Source: Trichoplax adhaerens (Eukaryota > Animalia > Placozoa). From it: a stretch of DNA of 64,000 bases. The stretch covers positions 1,724,106 to 1,788,105 of the forward strand of contig NW_002060950.1 in NCBI RefSeq assembly GCF_000150275.1. Reading direction: 5' to 3'. Below are positions 27,501-40,200 of the stretch, in pieces (positions within the stretch are counted from its first letter, which is position 1; every line of letters starts with the position of its first letter). Under the pieces are notes generated by a model. The model saw nothing but the letters and a program-made list of their open reading frames with translations, was not told the DNA's origin and made no database searches. A program made the translations under genes and the position numbers.

Positions 27501-29825
27501 ATATCTAAACCTGATTTAATATGTTTAGCATGCCAATGCAATGGACACAGTACTTGTATAAATGGTAGTGTCTGTAGACCTTGTCGCGATAATACACGTG
27601 GTAAGATTTGCTATTTTTAAGCAAGTTGAGCTATCAAACATGTTGATTGCTTGCCCATAATCTTATGTTTCTAAACTGCGGTCTTAACATCTTTATGGAA
27701 ATAGGTAAGAATTGTGAATATTGTTTGTGGGGATTTTATGGTCGTCCAGTCAATGGCGGGACATGTTCAGGTATATATTGCACAAGATATTGATACAGTC
27801 AAGGACGCATCCCGATTTTTAGTTAGCCTTACTTTATTTTTATAATTATAATTGTGTAGCCTGTAACTGTAATGGACATTCTTGGCTTTGTGATACCTCG
27901 ACCGGTATATGCGAAAATTATTGTACAATGGAAGGGAACAAAGGCTCATATTGTGAACGGTAATGAGGCTATTGATTGCTTGGCATTAAATAGCCATTCG
28001 CATAATTTTTTCTTTCAATGTTTATGGAAATATTTCATATGTCTTACATAAATCGTACGCGGGTTTCTTACTACGTAGTAGTAATTTTGAAAATGGATTT
28101 GTTTATAGATGCGATACTAGTAAATATACCGGGTCAGCAGCGAATGGCGGATATTGTTATTGTAAGTAAATTGAAATATAAACTTATTCATAAATACATG
28201 TATGATGTGCTGCTGTAATCTTGATATATTATACGATAAATTATAGTGAGAGTCGCTATAGATAGCAAAGTAAATGTCTCGATACAGAATCAACGAATAA
28301 CGAATTTTCACTTTACTGTCACTCCGACAAAGGTAATTGGTGATTGATTAACTTGGTGAAAGTAGCTATGCAATCTTATTAGAGTTTGACTTTCTAGTTA
28401 TTATAATCATATTGCTTACTATGACGTCATGCTTTTATGATGATAGCCGGATCGCAATGTCAAGTTAACTGTGGAAGTTGAAGAATATCGTCTTGTTCCG
28501 ACAATAGTTATTAGTGTTGCTTGGAGTAAGTTTTACCTAAAATACCATACTACTTTCTATATATATGAGAGATTGTGCGGTTGATTTTAATGATTTTTTG
28601 GTTATGTGTAAAATTGCTTGTAGATTACACACAAGAGATGAAAATTTTACATTCAGAAAAAATGTATAAAAGAAGGCTAGAAACAACGTTTGCTATCGAT
28701 ACTTTCAAAGTTGGAGGAACTAACGAGCTAAAGTCATTGTTTGTGGATATTGGAAATTTTTCTTCTAAAGTGTTGATTGTGGCAAGTATCAAAATTTATA
28801 TTTTAACATCGTGCTATCAATTTACGGTAGAAATTATATATGTGAGCTTTTCTCATATATTACGGGGCGGTAAAAATGATGTGTTTACTACTGACTTACG
28901 CTAATTAGCTTTTCTCTTTATTTTATATATCAGATATCCGCGGTTCATGTGATAGCATTCATCGAGTTATTGCAATTTTTTCTTACATTTTTTGTGTACG
29001 TACAATAGTAATATTGAGATATAGTTATGGAGATTGTGGCGTGTTTTTATTAGGCCTGTTTTCCTCGAAATGTGAAACTAACATGGTTAAATATTTTAAC
29101 TGCTATAGATGCTTCTTCTCGTTATTGTTGTTCGCGTTCATTTTGTGGAAGATAAAGCAACGCCTTGATCGTTATCGTAGGAGACAGGTACGTCATTAAG
29201 GGTTATTTTAACTGTTGGTATTACATTACATTTTTCATTTACTAAAATGATGCTTGTTGATTTGACAACTACTACAGGAACGTATGGTAGAATTAAAACA
29301 AATGGCTAACCGGCCATTTTCATCCATTTCTTTCATTATTGAACGTTACGATAATGATAACAGCTCTATTAAAAAGGTAAACATTAATATGACTTTAAAT
29401 TTAAAATGCTCGTCTTTACCGATATTTTATTGATATCTGGGTAATAGAAGTTAACGAAATGGGTAGTAGTACTATCACATTACTGTACTATGTTCTCCTA
29501 TCGTCTTGCAAATTTGGTCAATAAGTGACGATATTTGATGGCTAGAGTGTTTAGCTAATGCGGTGTTGTTGATTTATTCTACCAATAATAGCAAAGTCCA
29601 AGTCAGGTTGCATTACAACCCGTAAATAACGGCGAAGCTGGTATCATGTCCGTATTGATGCGCTTACCGGGAGAACAAGGAAACATGCCTGGTTATGGGC
29701 AATCGGCCTTAGCTTTTGGTAGTGCACTTATTGTGTGTAGCCCGGAACAACAGCAGTTATTATCAGCTAACAAAAGATATATCTTGGGTAGAAAAAGGAA
29801 AGCATTTTCTACTACTACAGCATGA
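18537..29825 (+). CDS. ATRN: Attractin/attractin-like (signal peptide, EGF, CUB, EGF, Kelch repeats, PSI, laminin-EGF, TM, cytoplasmic tail)
   Basis: Exon 1 (18537-18709) is MRYFINLVTILFILIFLAYG plus an EGF domain. CUB motifs: NCSWLI, FATECSWDHLYVFDG, YFYSDQAY. Kelch motifs: RYGHS, GLYGHTSVYD, PRFLHSS. PSI/LE motifs: PGCGWC, CQCNGHSTC. TM region LLQFFLTFFVCFFSLLLFAFILWKIKQ, tail QMANRPF, TGA 29823-29825. Confidence 0.93.
20091..20900. repeat. Tandem duplication (~419 bp period) in ATRN intron 1
   Basis: CGAGGACGGTTGCCAATGTTA...AAAATAAAAAGGAAACCTTGATTTTACCTCCATGATTTCACTAGATT...ATACTAGATGTAT occurs at ~20091-20483 and ~20510-20900. Confidence 0.92.
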
Positions 29826-31988
29826 TATATTATGTAAATAATGCTCGTATCTTTTATAAGAATTATATCTTTATTATTTTGCATGTGAGTTAGTTTCGAT
29901 TTGAAGTAAGAAGAATAAGTTCGTATCTACCAGTCCATATAGTACATATAGTATATCAATATGAGATAAGCAAAGATCGCAGAATCACGTTGCTAAGGTA
30001 CCTTTTAAAGCAATTTTAGAGAAGAGGTACAGGCTAGTCAGTACATTAAAAAGTTATGATTGATAAAATCATACTCTTGTATTTCGTGTATTTCAATCGA
30101 CGATAGAATAGAGTAACGATTGCACTAAGAATAGTTTGCTACATTATTTTATATTTTCTGTTAGTTGGGAATAGCATTTCTGTGTGCTTTTAAATCTTCG
30201 GCTGTTTTATTTTGGATGTATAGCAGGCTGTTATCATTGATTTGATGCGACGTACTTATGCTGTAGATCGATTTGTAATACTGTAATATTATTATTATCA
30301 CTATATTCCGTATACCGTTATTTATCGAATTACTGTACAATAGTATGAATACATTTATCGATGGAATGAACTTCTTATTGTTATTTGAAATAACCATATT
30401 GCAGGTATAAATATCAGACCGTTATTGAATCTTTTGTTATCTTAACTGCATTACTAATATAGTTTTGATTACCCTCATTGTACGTAATGCAATTTATTTT
30501 GTAGTCGAAACGAATTAGCAATATGTAAATACTGCTACGGTAGTTTTTTTGCCTTTAATAATGCAATAATATTCTGACTCAAATATACTGTAATGCTGTT
30601 TTATAAATTGTAGATCGTTTCATTATTACCAATTACAATGGCACTACAAAGAATAGTGGATATGAATAAATTGGTATTGTTTTCGTATATAAATATATTT
30701 ACATATAAGTAATATTTAGGAGTGTTTTTGATGTGAATGAGAGAGCAGAGTAACATTGCATGAAAAAATCATGGTTTAAGATGGTTTCGATATAGTTTTA
30801 AACTAAGCTATTTCTGCCTTTTACTTTACTAAGGTTATGAATTAAAAGTTTTACTCTGACGTTATTGGTTGTACAGACAACTGTTTTGATCGATAATTAT
30901 ATGATAAGAAAAATACTGTAGAAGAACACTTTTCCATATATCAAATTAGGATTACAAACTGCAGTATGTACGTATTTAGGGTATTACACTAAAGTATGGT
31001 ACGCGTACAACAAGAGAGTTTTATTCAAATATAGTTACTGTAGTCATAAGTTTAAAACTTTCTGCATGAGTAGCTATTAAGTAAGCAACGATGAGTAGAG
31101 CTCTAATAAGATCTTGTATTTGTTGTTTTGTTTTAATGGCTAGAAAACCTTCAATTCAGCAACAAATTGAGATGTCCGCATAAACGATACATTCTAGTAA
31201 CTATTGTAATATCTTTTATTAGCAAATACCAGGATGTTGCCCGATAGTTGAGGATATTTAGTCTGGCTATTTCAGAGTTAAATGATATCACTTCAGATAC
31301 AGTGCTTTAATTTATTTATTTCCTATAAAGGGTAGGAATACAGCCTTTCTATCATGTTGAAAAATTTGCAAGTTAAGTCATAGAAGTTATTTGTGTATGC
31401 TTTGCAAGTATACCAGCCAATACAAAAATCATCGATGTTCTGAGTTTCCTCAATTACAGCTAATAATACTTCAACAGGATTGACTCATTACCATCGTTAT
31501 CAAAATTGCCAAAAAATATGTATATTTGAAATTTCCACTTGCTTTAGCCAAAAAAATGATTAAATAGTGCTTACCCATATTGGATTATTTACTTTTATAA
31601 TATACGTCTACGTTCTTTTATGATCTTATTCTAAGGTTATAGTCGTAATTAGGGTATTATACATTGTTTGCTAATGCTAGAGGTTGATGAATAATTATGT
31701 CGCTAAATTGACAACAGCGAATTGAAAAAAGTAATTTTAGCTATTGTCAGTTAGTCAATAGAATTACTGAGCTAACCTCTACATTAAAATTTGTTAATAT
31801 ACAGGCAAAAATGAATTTTACCTTAGTTGATAAATAGGGTGCGGAATAGTACTAGAGACATATTGAAAGCTGGTTGAAATTCTTAATGCTAGTTATTGTT
31901 TTAATATATCATAATTTTTCAAGATAGCTTACTATATGAAATAGCCAACTATAATTATTTATACTTTCTTATATTACAGATTATAGGA

Positions 31989-34050
31989 CTAAGCAGCATC
32001 ACTCCCTTTCGACGATGATGGCTGAATAGAAGATATTGTTAAGGTTTCAGAATCTAAGTTATCTCTTTTGCTGTTTCCAGTATCATTGTCTTGATTGGTG
32101 CTTACGCGTAGCGGGATTTCCGTAAAATGCTCTAGTCCAGATTGATTAAAGTTATCATGGGTCAGATTAGGCATATCAACATAAGCAGGTGGCGGTGGCT
32201 CAGGTAAATCTCGGTTTGACGATTTGATGGCGTCATTATAAGAGGGTAATTTCTCTAAAGATACTGTCACTGTTGAATTTTGGGTACCATTGCCGATTCT
32301 TGTTTGGGCAAGGTTACCGCCGGTAGTAGTGATTGTTCGAAGTCGATTATTTTGGTTTGCAAAGCGTCTATGACGTCGTTTGATGTAAGCACAGCAACAA
32401 CTTAATAAGACTACTAAGCACCATAATAGCCAAAACCCTGTCATCAATCATATTCAAAGTCAATATTACATTGTTGCTAATATTACAGAAGTATTGTTCC
32501 GTCAGAATTAAAAAGAACTGTTATTCTAACATCAATTGATACTAATAAAATGATAAGATAAAATTAATTAATCCGTTATGGAAAAAATTAAAAGCTGTCT
32601 GTGGTAGCATATGATTTGTGCCTTTACAATAATTCCTTTGTAGTTGGTGTTTGCTATTGGTAATGAAAAAGGATTACTGTAATATCTACCGAGTAAGTAA
32701 TCTATATATTATGATTACTAGTGGATAAACTTTAGCCGTTTCTTTTGTTATAATAAAGTAATCGTTCATCATCACCCCGTGTGTTATTACCTATAAGTTA
32801 GCAAATCTATTCTTCTTATTATTAGCTAAGGATTAAAAGGAATATCATACTCAATGATTGTTCAATGAATAGAAACTTACACCACATTTCGTAAATAAGG
32901 TGACGACAGCGACAGCATTTACCATTACAGCAACATTCTAAGAAATATCCAAATCAATTATTATTCAAATAACTTGTCGTTTTTATGCATTTTCCTATAC
33001 GGATGACCTTGTATAGTATACTCGTATAGATGAATTAAATTGCAACTTACTTGACATACATCCAACGCAACGTAAATGAGCCTATTATAAAATAAAGTGA
33101 AGAAAAAGATAGAATGAATATAATGATATCGTTTGTAGCTGGTCAATAGGATCATACTTGAAATTAAAATCTATTTTATAATCTCTTTTGTAGACCGTAT
33201 TTATTCAAATCATTCTCATTTTAATTTAATAGAGAAATAAGAAATTGCACCGTTCAAAAAATCGAATTGTATACAGTCTAATCAAATTGTACCTATAGTA
33301 TCAATAGAGCATAGTATACGCGTATTATCTATGCCATAATACTTCTTTTCTACTACATCTTTCATCTACTTGTATACTTTCTACATGTAGAATTAAGATT
33401 GTAGTTACTGTCGCTGTACTGTATTATAATTCATCAATAATTATTATTAATCAATTCCATACTATTTATCTTTTTAATTGACGAAAGAGCGAGCATATGG
33501 AGTTGTATACTTTTGAGGTACTGGATAAAATTTCTTGATGACTCTATGAGTCATCAAGAAGCTTTGATAGATTGCGATTGAAGTTGGGATTGATCAGAAA
33601 GAAATTTCAAGCAAGTTTTAGCACTAGCGAATTGTGTAGATACAGGTTGCAATTTTTTCCTCCATTTTGGAGCTGCATACTGCGCGCTCTCCATGCTATC
33701 CACAACTATATTGTGTACAGTATCGATTAAAAGCTTGTCCACTTTCCTACTGACTTTTACGACGTCCAGTGGCAAGGCACTCGGAGTGTCTTTTTCCAGT
33801 CTGTAGCATCTACAGTACAGTTGGATAATGTAGTGTGCATACAGTAAGAGCTTTCATGAATTAGTAGGCAGTATTATTGACTGTTTCAAGCGCTCAACGC
33901 ATTCTAATGTGCAGGATACGAGTACCACATCTCAATGAGGACTGTCCGCTAGTGTAATACAGTATGCAAATAATGTAAACAAACATAAAATTCGCTCGCC
34001 TGTGCCATGGGAACGGTCCAGAAAAATAAAAAAAATAATAAATATCTCAT
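31989..34050 (-). CDS. WBP1/VOPP1 (shisa-like) single-pass membrane protein with PY motifs
   Basis: Four-exon model: signal peptide MRYLLFFLFFWTVPMAQ (ATG 34050), AHLRCVGCMS, KCCCNGKCCRCRHLIYEMW, then WFWLLWCLVVLLSCCCAYIKRRHRR. The tail carries LPSY and PPPAY WW-binding motifs. The YExWWFWLxW signature is typical of WBP1/WBP1L. Confidence 0.8.
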
Positions 34051-35171
34051 CTCGGCACCTACACGTATATAAAGTAATACTAGATCACGTACAGTAAAAT
34101 CAATGTGATGTCTAAATAGTGTACTGCAAAAATAAGACAATTGTCGATTCTGTAGATAATAATATTTATTGACTGATTAACGCGATGATGATCTATGTTG
34201 CATTGTTGGTATCGATGGTAAAATGGACCGCGATGGAAGATTACTAGGCGAAAGTACAGTAAGGACAGCGCCTCCCCCCCCCCAAATGTGTAGTCTATCA
34301 AAGCATTGAAAGCAATATTACATGGGAAATTTTTTCAACAGGGTCTTTACAAGTCTAAAATAATATCTACTGTGTAGCCTTACTGAAAGGCAGATGGAAA
34401 TTAAAAACAACAATAGACGAATTAACGTGTGAATAGAATCAACCACATCTCATTTCCTTAGCGCTAATCCCAGTTGCTACAGTATGTCTCCTTTTCAGAG
34501 ACTACGAGCAACGAGTGTATTGCACATTGATGTTGGCTAGAAAGTAAAAAAACATTTCCTATTTCTTCTCCATGACGAGTGTATTTATAGAAGTGAAGAG
34601 TATCCTATAGTCTATGTACAGTATACTGTACTGTTGATTGCAAAACGTCATCAGCCTATCAAGTGCTCTAGAAATAACAATAACATCCTTGTACAAGACT
34701 ATTCATTGTGTTTCGTCATCGAGATTAGCTAGTTGATGATAATAATAATCTACGTCTAGAAGGAAACATACCTTGGTTAAAGTAGGTAGCAAGCTTAGTA
34801 ACATGATGGATAAGAGCATACCACTGCGTAAATGGATCGGCATGACCGCCATGATAGAATATCGATTGTTTGGACAAGAATAGTTGAGGATTGGATACAA
34901 AATTAGTTTTTGCAACAATAGACGTCCGGTATGGAATGGACTGGACTTTATTCAAAGGCCACTGTAGATGACGATTTCTTGGTATGATGAGTCCAATAGT
35001 GGATGAGAATATCCATAGACCGTTTAATGATCGGCCAGTACAGTTGTGAGTAGTCTAGAATAGCTGTTGAAGATGAGAAACACCAAGGAATAAAGAAATG
35101 GTGGCAAAACAACCTTCTTCAGCGGTTAAGCAAGAGATCACTCCAGGCTACGTCAAAGAAGCGACTTTGCC

Positions 35172-35533
35172 CGTACCGGTACCGTTACATGGTGGTATGC
35201 TCTATTTGTACCGTACCGGTAGTACCGATACGGAACGGTACAGTGTTACAGTACAGTGCACACTCGTCAGTACAGTACTACTGTAAGTCTTGTACATTGT
35301 ACTGTACAGTACAGTACAGTACACACTCGTCAGTACTAAGTCTTGTACACTGTACTGGACGTCGGTTCAACTACGTACAGTATGGTACAGATTCGCGGGG
35401 GTACCCCAAAGGGGACGAAAACAATAGGCCGGTGTGCTGACTTGTACTCACGTCAATCTGCTGGAAAAGCGAGGTGCGACACCCACCCGGTCAACCGTCA
35501 GTTGGCTGCTGGTACCGTACTGTACTCTTGTAC
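35172..35533. promoter_or_regulatory. GTAC island between divergent WBP1-like and CCDC125 genes
   Basis: Dense GTACCG/GTACAG/CTGTAC repeats with raised GC and CpG content, near the middle of the divergent intergenic region. Confidence 0.5.
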
Positions 35534-37210
35534 GCTATCGATGGCCATGAATTGGTCGATTTGACTAGAAGTGCATATACCTAATATGAGTTGGAGTGGA
35601 ATGACGAGTTCATGTTGGGGTCGGCAATGGAGGAAATGTCATGAAAATGGTGCCAAATGCAGCTTGAAAGTTTCTTTTCCAGGCTGCAACGCACTGCATA
35701 GTATTTAGGTTATGATCCATGTAAATGGTCCAACCTTGAGGATCGACCATATGCAATCAATGACAGTATACAGTATAGAGGAACGTTGGATATGTGCCAC
35801 ACTTGGTGTATCATGCAGTATGGCGTATGGCGTACTGCAATGTTGGAGCTCAATTCAATCGGTGGGAGTGATGATTGGAAATTAAAGTAGTCATTCGTAA
35901 ATCAATAAATACAGTCTATCAAGAATCAAGAATAATTAGAATAATGTATTCATCAATAAAATACATTACACTACAACACGGTGCTATACTGTCTTCTATC
36001 ATGTATGATAAAAGGTATTTCCCTAGTTGAAATAATACATGGCCGCACCAATGGTTACAAAGGGTAGCAATGCAAAACGTTTTTGCTGGCCAAATAACGA
36101 ACGTCAGTTGCAAGAAGTAGTTTACAGTACAATCTTAAAGTCTCTGATTGGTATTTGGTAGTTGCTATATCCAAATTGCTGTACTACAGAGTTTGGAAAG
36201 ACTTGCAGTAATACACTATTGTAGAGTCGATCGATATTCAGCTGGCTAGTTCATACACAGCTGTAGATGATAGAAGAAATCACCACTATACTCGCATTTT
36301 GCACATAACGGGCAAGTCATCAGTCAGAGTGGACCAATGTTACACTTCCATAATGTAGAATACAAAGTCGAAAAGTTTAACATGACATCAATATTCATTA
36401 AAATTTCCCTCATTATCCTTCATCACAAAAACGATCCACCATCATAGGATCGTTACTTGCTCTATCATCATCTATACTGCTACTGTACTACCATTACTTC
36501 TTCTTGTGCACTCCCGACTGCAACAGTCGGCAACACTAAGAGTTAATCCAACTACCATCATAAAACACTAGGCCATACTCTAGCCAAGAAGAACAAAATG
36601 TCCGTACAATCCCAATCATTGACCATATTCTATCACAATGTTTGGTAACCACATGTCCCAGATTGATTTAGGGGGGGGGGAATTAATGTACAATACTCTG
36701 CTTGTATAAATTTGTATAGTAAACCAACAACAGGCAGATCATGTAATACGCATATATAACGGGCACATTATCAGTAATTATTATTCTCGATGAACAATAA
36801 GTTAACTGTACTATAATCCGGCCGATTTTTGTAATATTGCACTTTTGAATTAAAAATCCGATCCTATCATTGCCATGTAATCGTATAACTGATTTATTAC
36901 CTTGCTAATGATTAAAATTGACGATGATTGAATCAATTAGATTAGATGATCGTCGATCGTGTATGTTATCTACTTATAATTGTATTTTTTTCTTTATTTT
37001 TATTTTTTTGTATTGATTCATCAATTATTATAGATGTTATTTATAGTAGACAAATGAATATGTTGCTGTGAGGACGCCAGTGGTACTTCAACCTTATGGC
37101 ATGGTGGCTGCAATGAAATATTCAAGAGTCGAATATTACTATCGTGTATTCTGTTAAAATCATCTTTCTGTTCGGCCAGATAATCGCAAAAGTATTCCAA
37201 TTGTTAACCG

Positions 37211-40200
37211 ATGAGTGCTCCAAGTACGCCATCGTTAATATCGGAATATGGCCTCGATGATGACCATGACGATGAAGCATCTGGCGATTTAGGTTTAGGT
37301 ATGGGCTTAAAACCTGGCGCTTTACCCCTTACTTTCTTCGATTTCGATCAAGATGAGACGTTAACCGATGATCCTACCATGATATCATATCAAATACCAT
37401 GGCCAACCAATTTACAAGATGAAGATCAATCCAAAATGATCGTATCGCCACACAATCAAAATCATCGCCATTACGCATATGACGACAATTATAAAGAGAA
37501 AGCTGCAGGTACGCACGATTACATCGTAATTGATCATCAAGTCGACGTACCGACCAATCTTCGAAACTGCTCACAAAATAAACCAATTGAAAAGTTATCC
37601 ATTGCCAAACGATTCAATATTACCCATTTAGACATTGATCATAGCCGTATTAAGGAGAAGAGACGTCTTCTAAGTCGAAGTAAATTGTTATCATTTGATG
37701 GTAAGTTATAGCAATGAATAGCATCGATCATCGCAATAGAATTATTGTTCGAGTGATGGCTTAGTGTTAATAAAAGACCAATGATAGTATTATTATACAA
37801 CTGATCGTAATAGTATTACACTACTAATTATACTAATAGATGATATTAATCCATCATTTTTGCAGTAATATCAACTTTGATAAGACTATATGATATTGTC
37901 ATGGACAATCCTACTGAGCTCAATTTTTATATCATTTCTTATATAACAAGTGTAATCCTCATAGACACGCATGAAATGACACTTTGTACTTAGATTTTCA
38001 ATGTTGCTCTTTTGCACTCATCTATCCAGTTCTGTAGTAGTATTAGAGTAACGACCTTATAGTAATGCTTTGATAAACAGTAACCTTCTCCACTACTCTA
38101 TAAATTGTAATCGCTAACACCATCATTAATTTCCATCTCAAATAGCAGATATCTTGTAATCATCGTGTTGTGGATTACTAGTGATAAGATTTGATTTTTC
38201 TTTCATCCTTTCAATCATACACTACATGACATGGTTTATTCCTTTCGCTTCTTCATGCTTAACATTACGCGATATACTTTTAATCAGCGTAACTAGCGTA
38301 GGCAATATTGATTATCACTGTAAAGTAATAAACGCTAAGTGACTAGATGGTAATTTAGATATTTCTTCTACCTATTTTTTTATCACTATGGTAGGATACG
38401 ATAGATTGACGATATAAAAGATTAGAACAAGAGCAAACTTTTCTTGTTTGTCTATTGTGTAATATGTACATACGATTACTCTAATCGTTAGTAAACGTAA
38501 TTCGATCATGCATCAAAATTTTCTTTCACCGTTAAATAGGTGAATGTAGGATATACAGTCAACATTAATACTTTGTAAATTTACATGAAGTTATTATTAA
38601 TTATAATTATCATCATGATAAACGAGTGCGTGGATACAACATATAGTATATTGCATTTTAACACAATCGATACTCTTAGCGACCTCATTTATTAATTAAA
38701 ATACTTGTATGTACGGTAGATATGCCACATACTGTAAATATAATAACGGCTACTTGATGATAATAGTTAAGATAGTCCACGTCGATTATTGATCATTTAT
38801 TAATTAATAAAGTATTATTCCTACATTATATGGAAAAGACAGCTATACAATGGTACAGTATTTAAAAAGTAAAGGTAGCATTCGTATACGAGTAAATAAA
38901 ATTAATTTTTAACTATTAGGATAATACTACCAAGAAGGCCAATTTAATTCCCACAGTTATTCTTAATTGTATTACTTATCTCTACATCAATCACCAGGTC
39001 ATCTTAATGATTAATTTAAGATATAGTATGTTAGAACATTTGGAGTACAGTAAGTAAGTCGTTGATCAAAATAATAGGTCTTTAGCCATTGATAGTAACC
39101 AAGTTAAGATGCAACAACGGTTTCAATCCTAAGCTAATGACTAATAAAATGAATGCAATAACTTATAGAGATAGGCAGCTAAAGCTAACGCGAGACTTGT
39201 TTTAAAATCTCCTTGATTCGACATGACAATATATTGTGTCCATTTAATTATTGTAATAGATAATACAGTGTTTAGTTATAACATTATACAACGATTACTT
39301 CATGGCAGCAGTAATGTAGGATACCATATTAACGATATAATGGATAAAATAGTTCCAGCACTGCATATTAATTAAGAAAATGTAGTTTCAAGTTCCTGTT
39401 CCTTTTCTACGTCAAGATAATACTGCCTGTCACCTAGTAACCAATCCTTTTGATGAAATCGATTCTCTCATTAGATAAAGTAAAGAATTAAAATAATCAT
39501 CTCATACCTCAGCAATATTATTTCATCATCAACTTCATCATTTTCACAGCATACAGTGACAAAAAGAAGTAAATGAACTTTCCAGTGCGTAGCGACAATA
39601 TTAAATCATCACTTATTTTGTAGACTCTATCAATAGGCTATATCTAACCTCTTAATTAAAGATCCAATCTTATTGATGTACTTACCGTCAACTTTGTTTC
39701 TATATTCACTTTTTTTCCTCCGATTGAATGAAATGTAATCGTATATTGTACAATTTATTAAGATTATTTACTAAATATCCTAGTCTAGTTGCTATGTTAG
39801 CCCACTGTATCACAAATAGGTTAGGATCAGAAACGTTAAAGATTATGCAATAGTTTCTAGTTTTCTTAGACGTAGATTAATTGAAAATTTATTAATGATA
39901 TCATTTATACTATCAACATTAAGTTCATTATGATTTCTATTAAACTGCAGTAACTTATTAATACATAGTATACATCGACTTCTTTATTAGCAAGATTTAT
40001 TTTGATTAAATTATCTCTCTTCGAGAAGCGGTATACCATTTAATGGAAATATACTGCAAATGTAGATAATGATAGAAACAACATTTTATTCTTGACGCAA
40101 TCAATATTTATTAATTTATGGTACAGGTACAAGGCTATCAAAAAGTGTCAAGAAGAAAAGAATTGAGGATCTGTTAGCCAGGTTATCAGCTGCTGATAAA

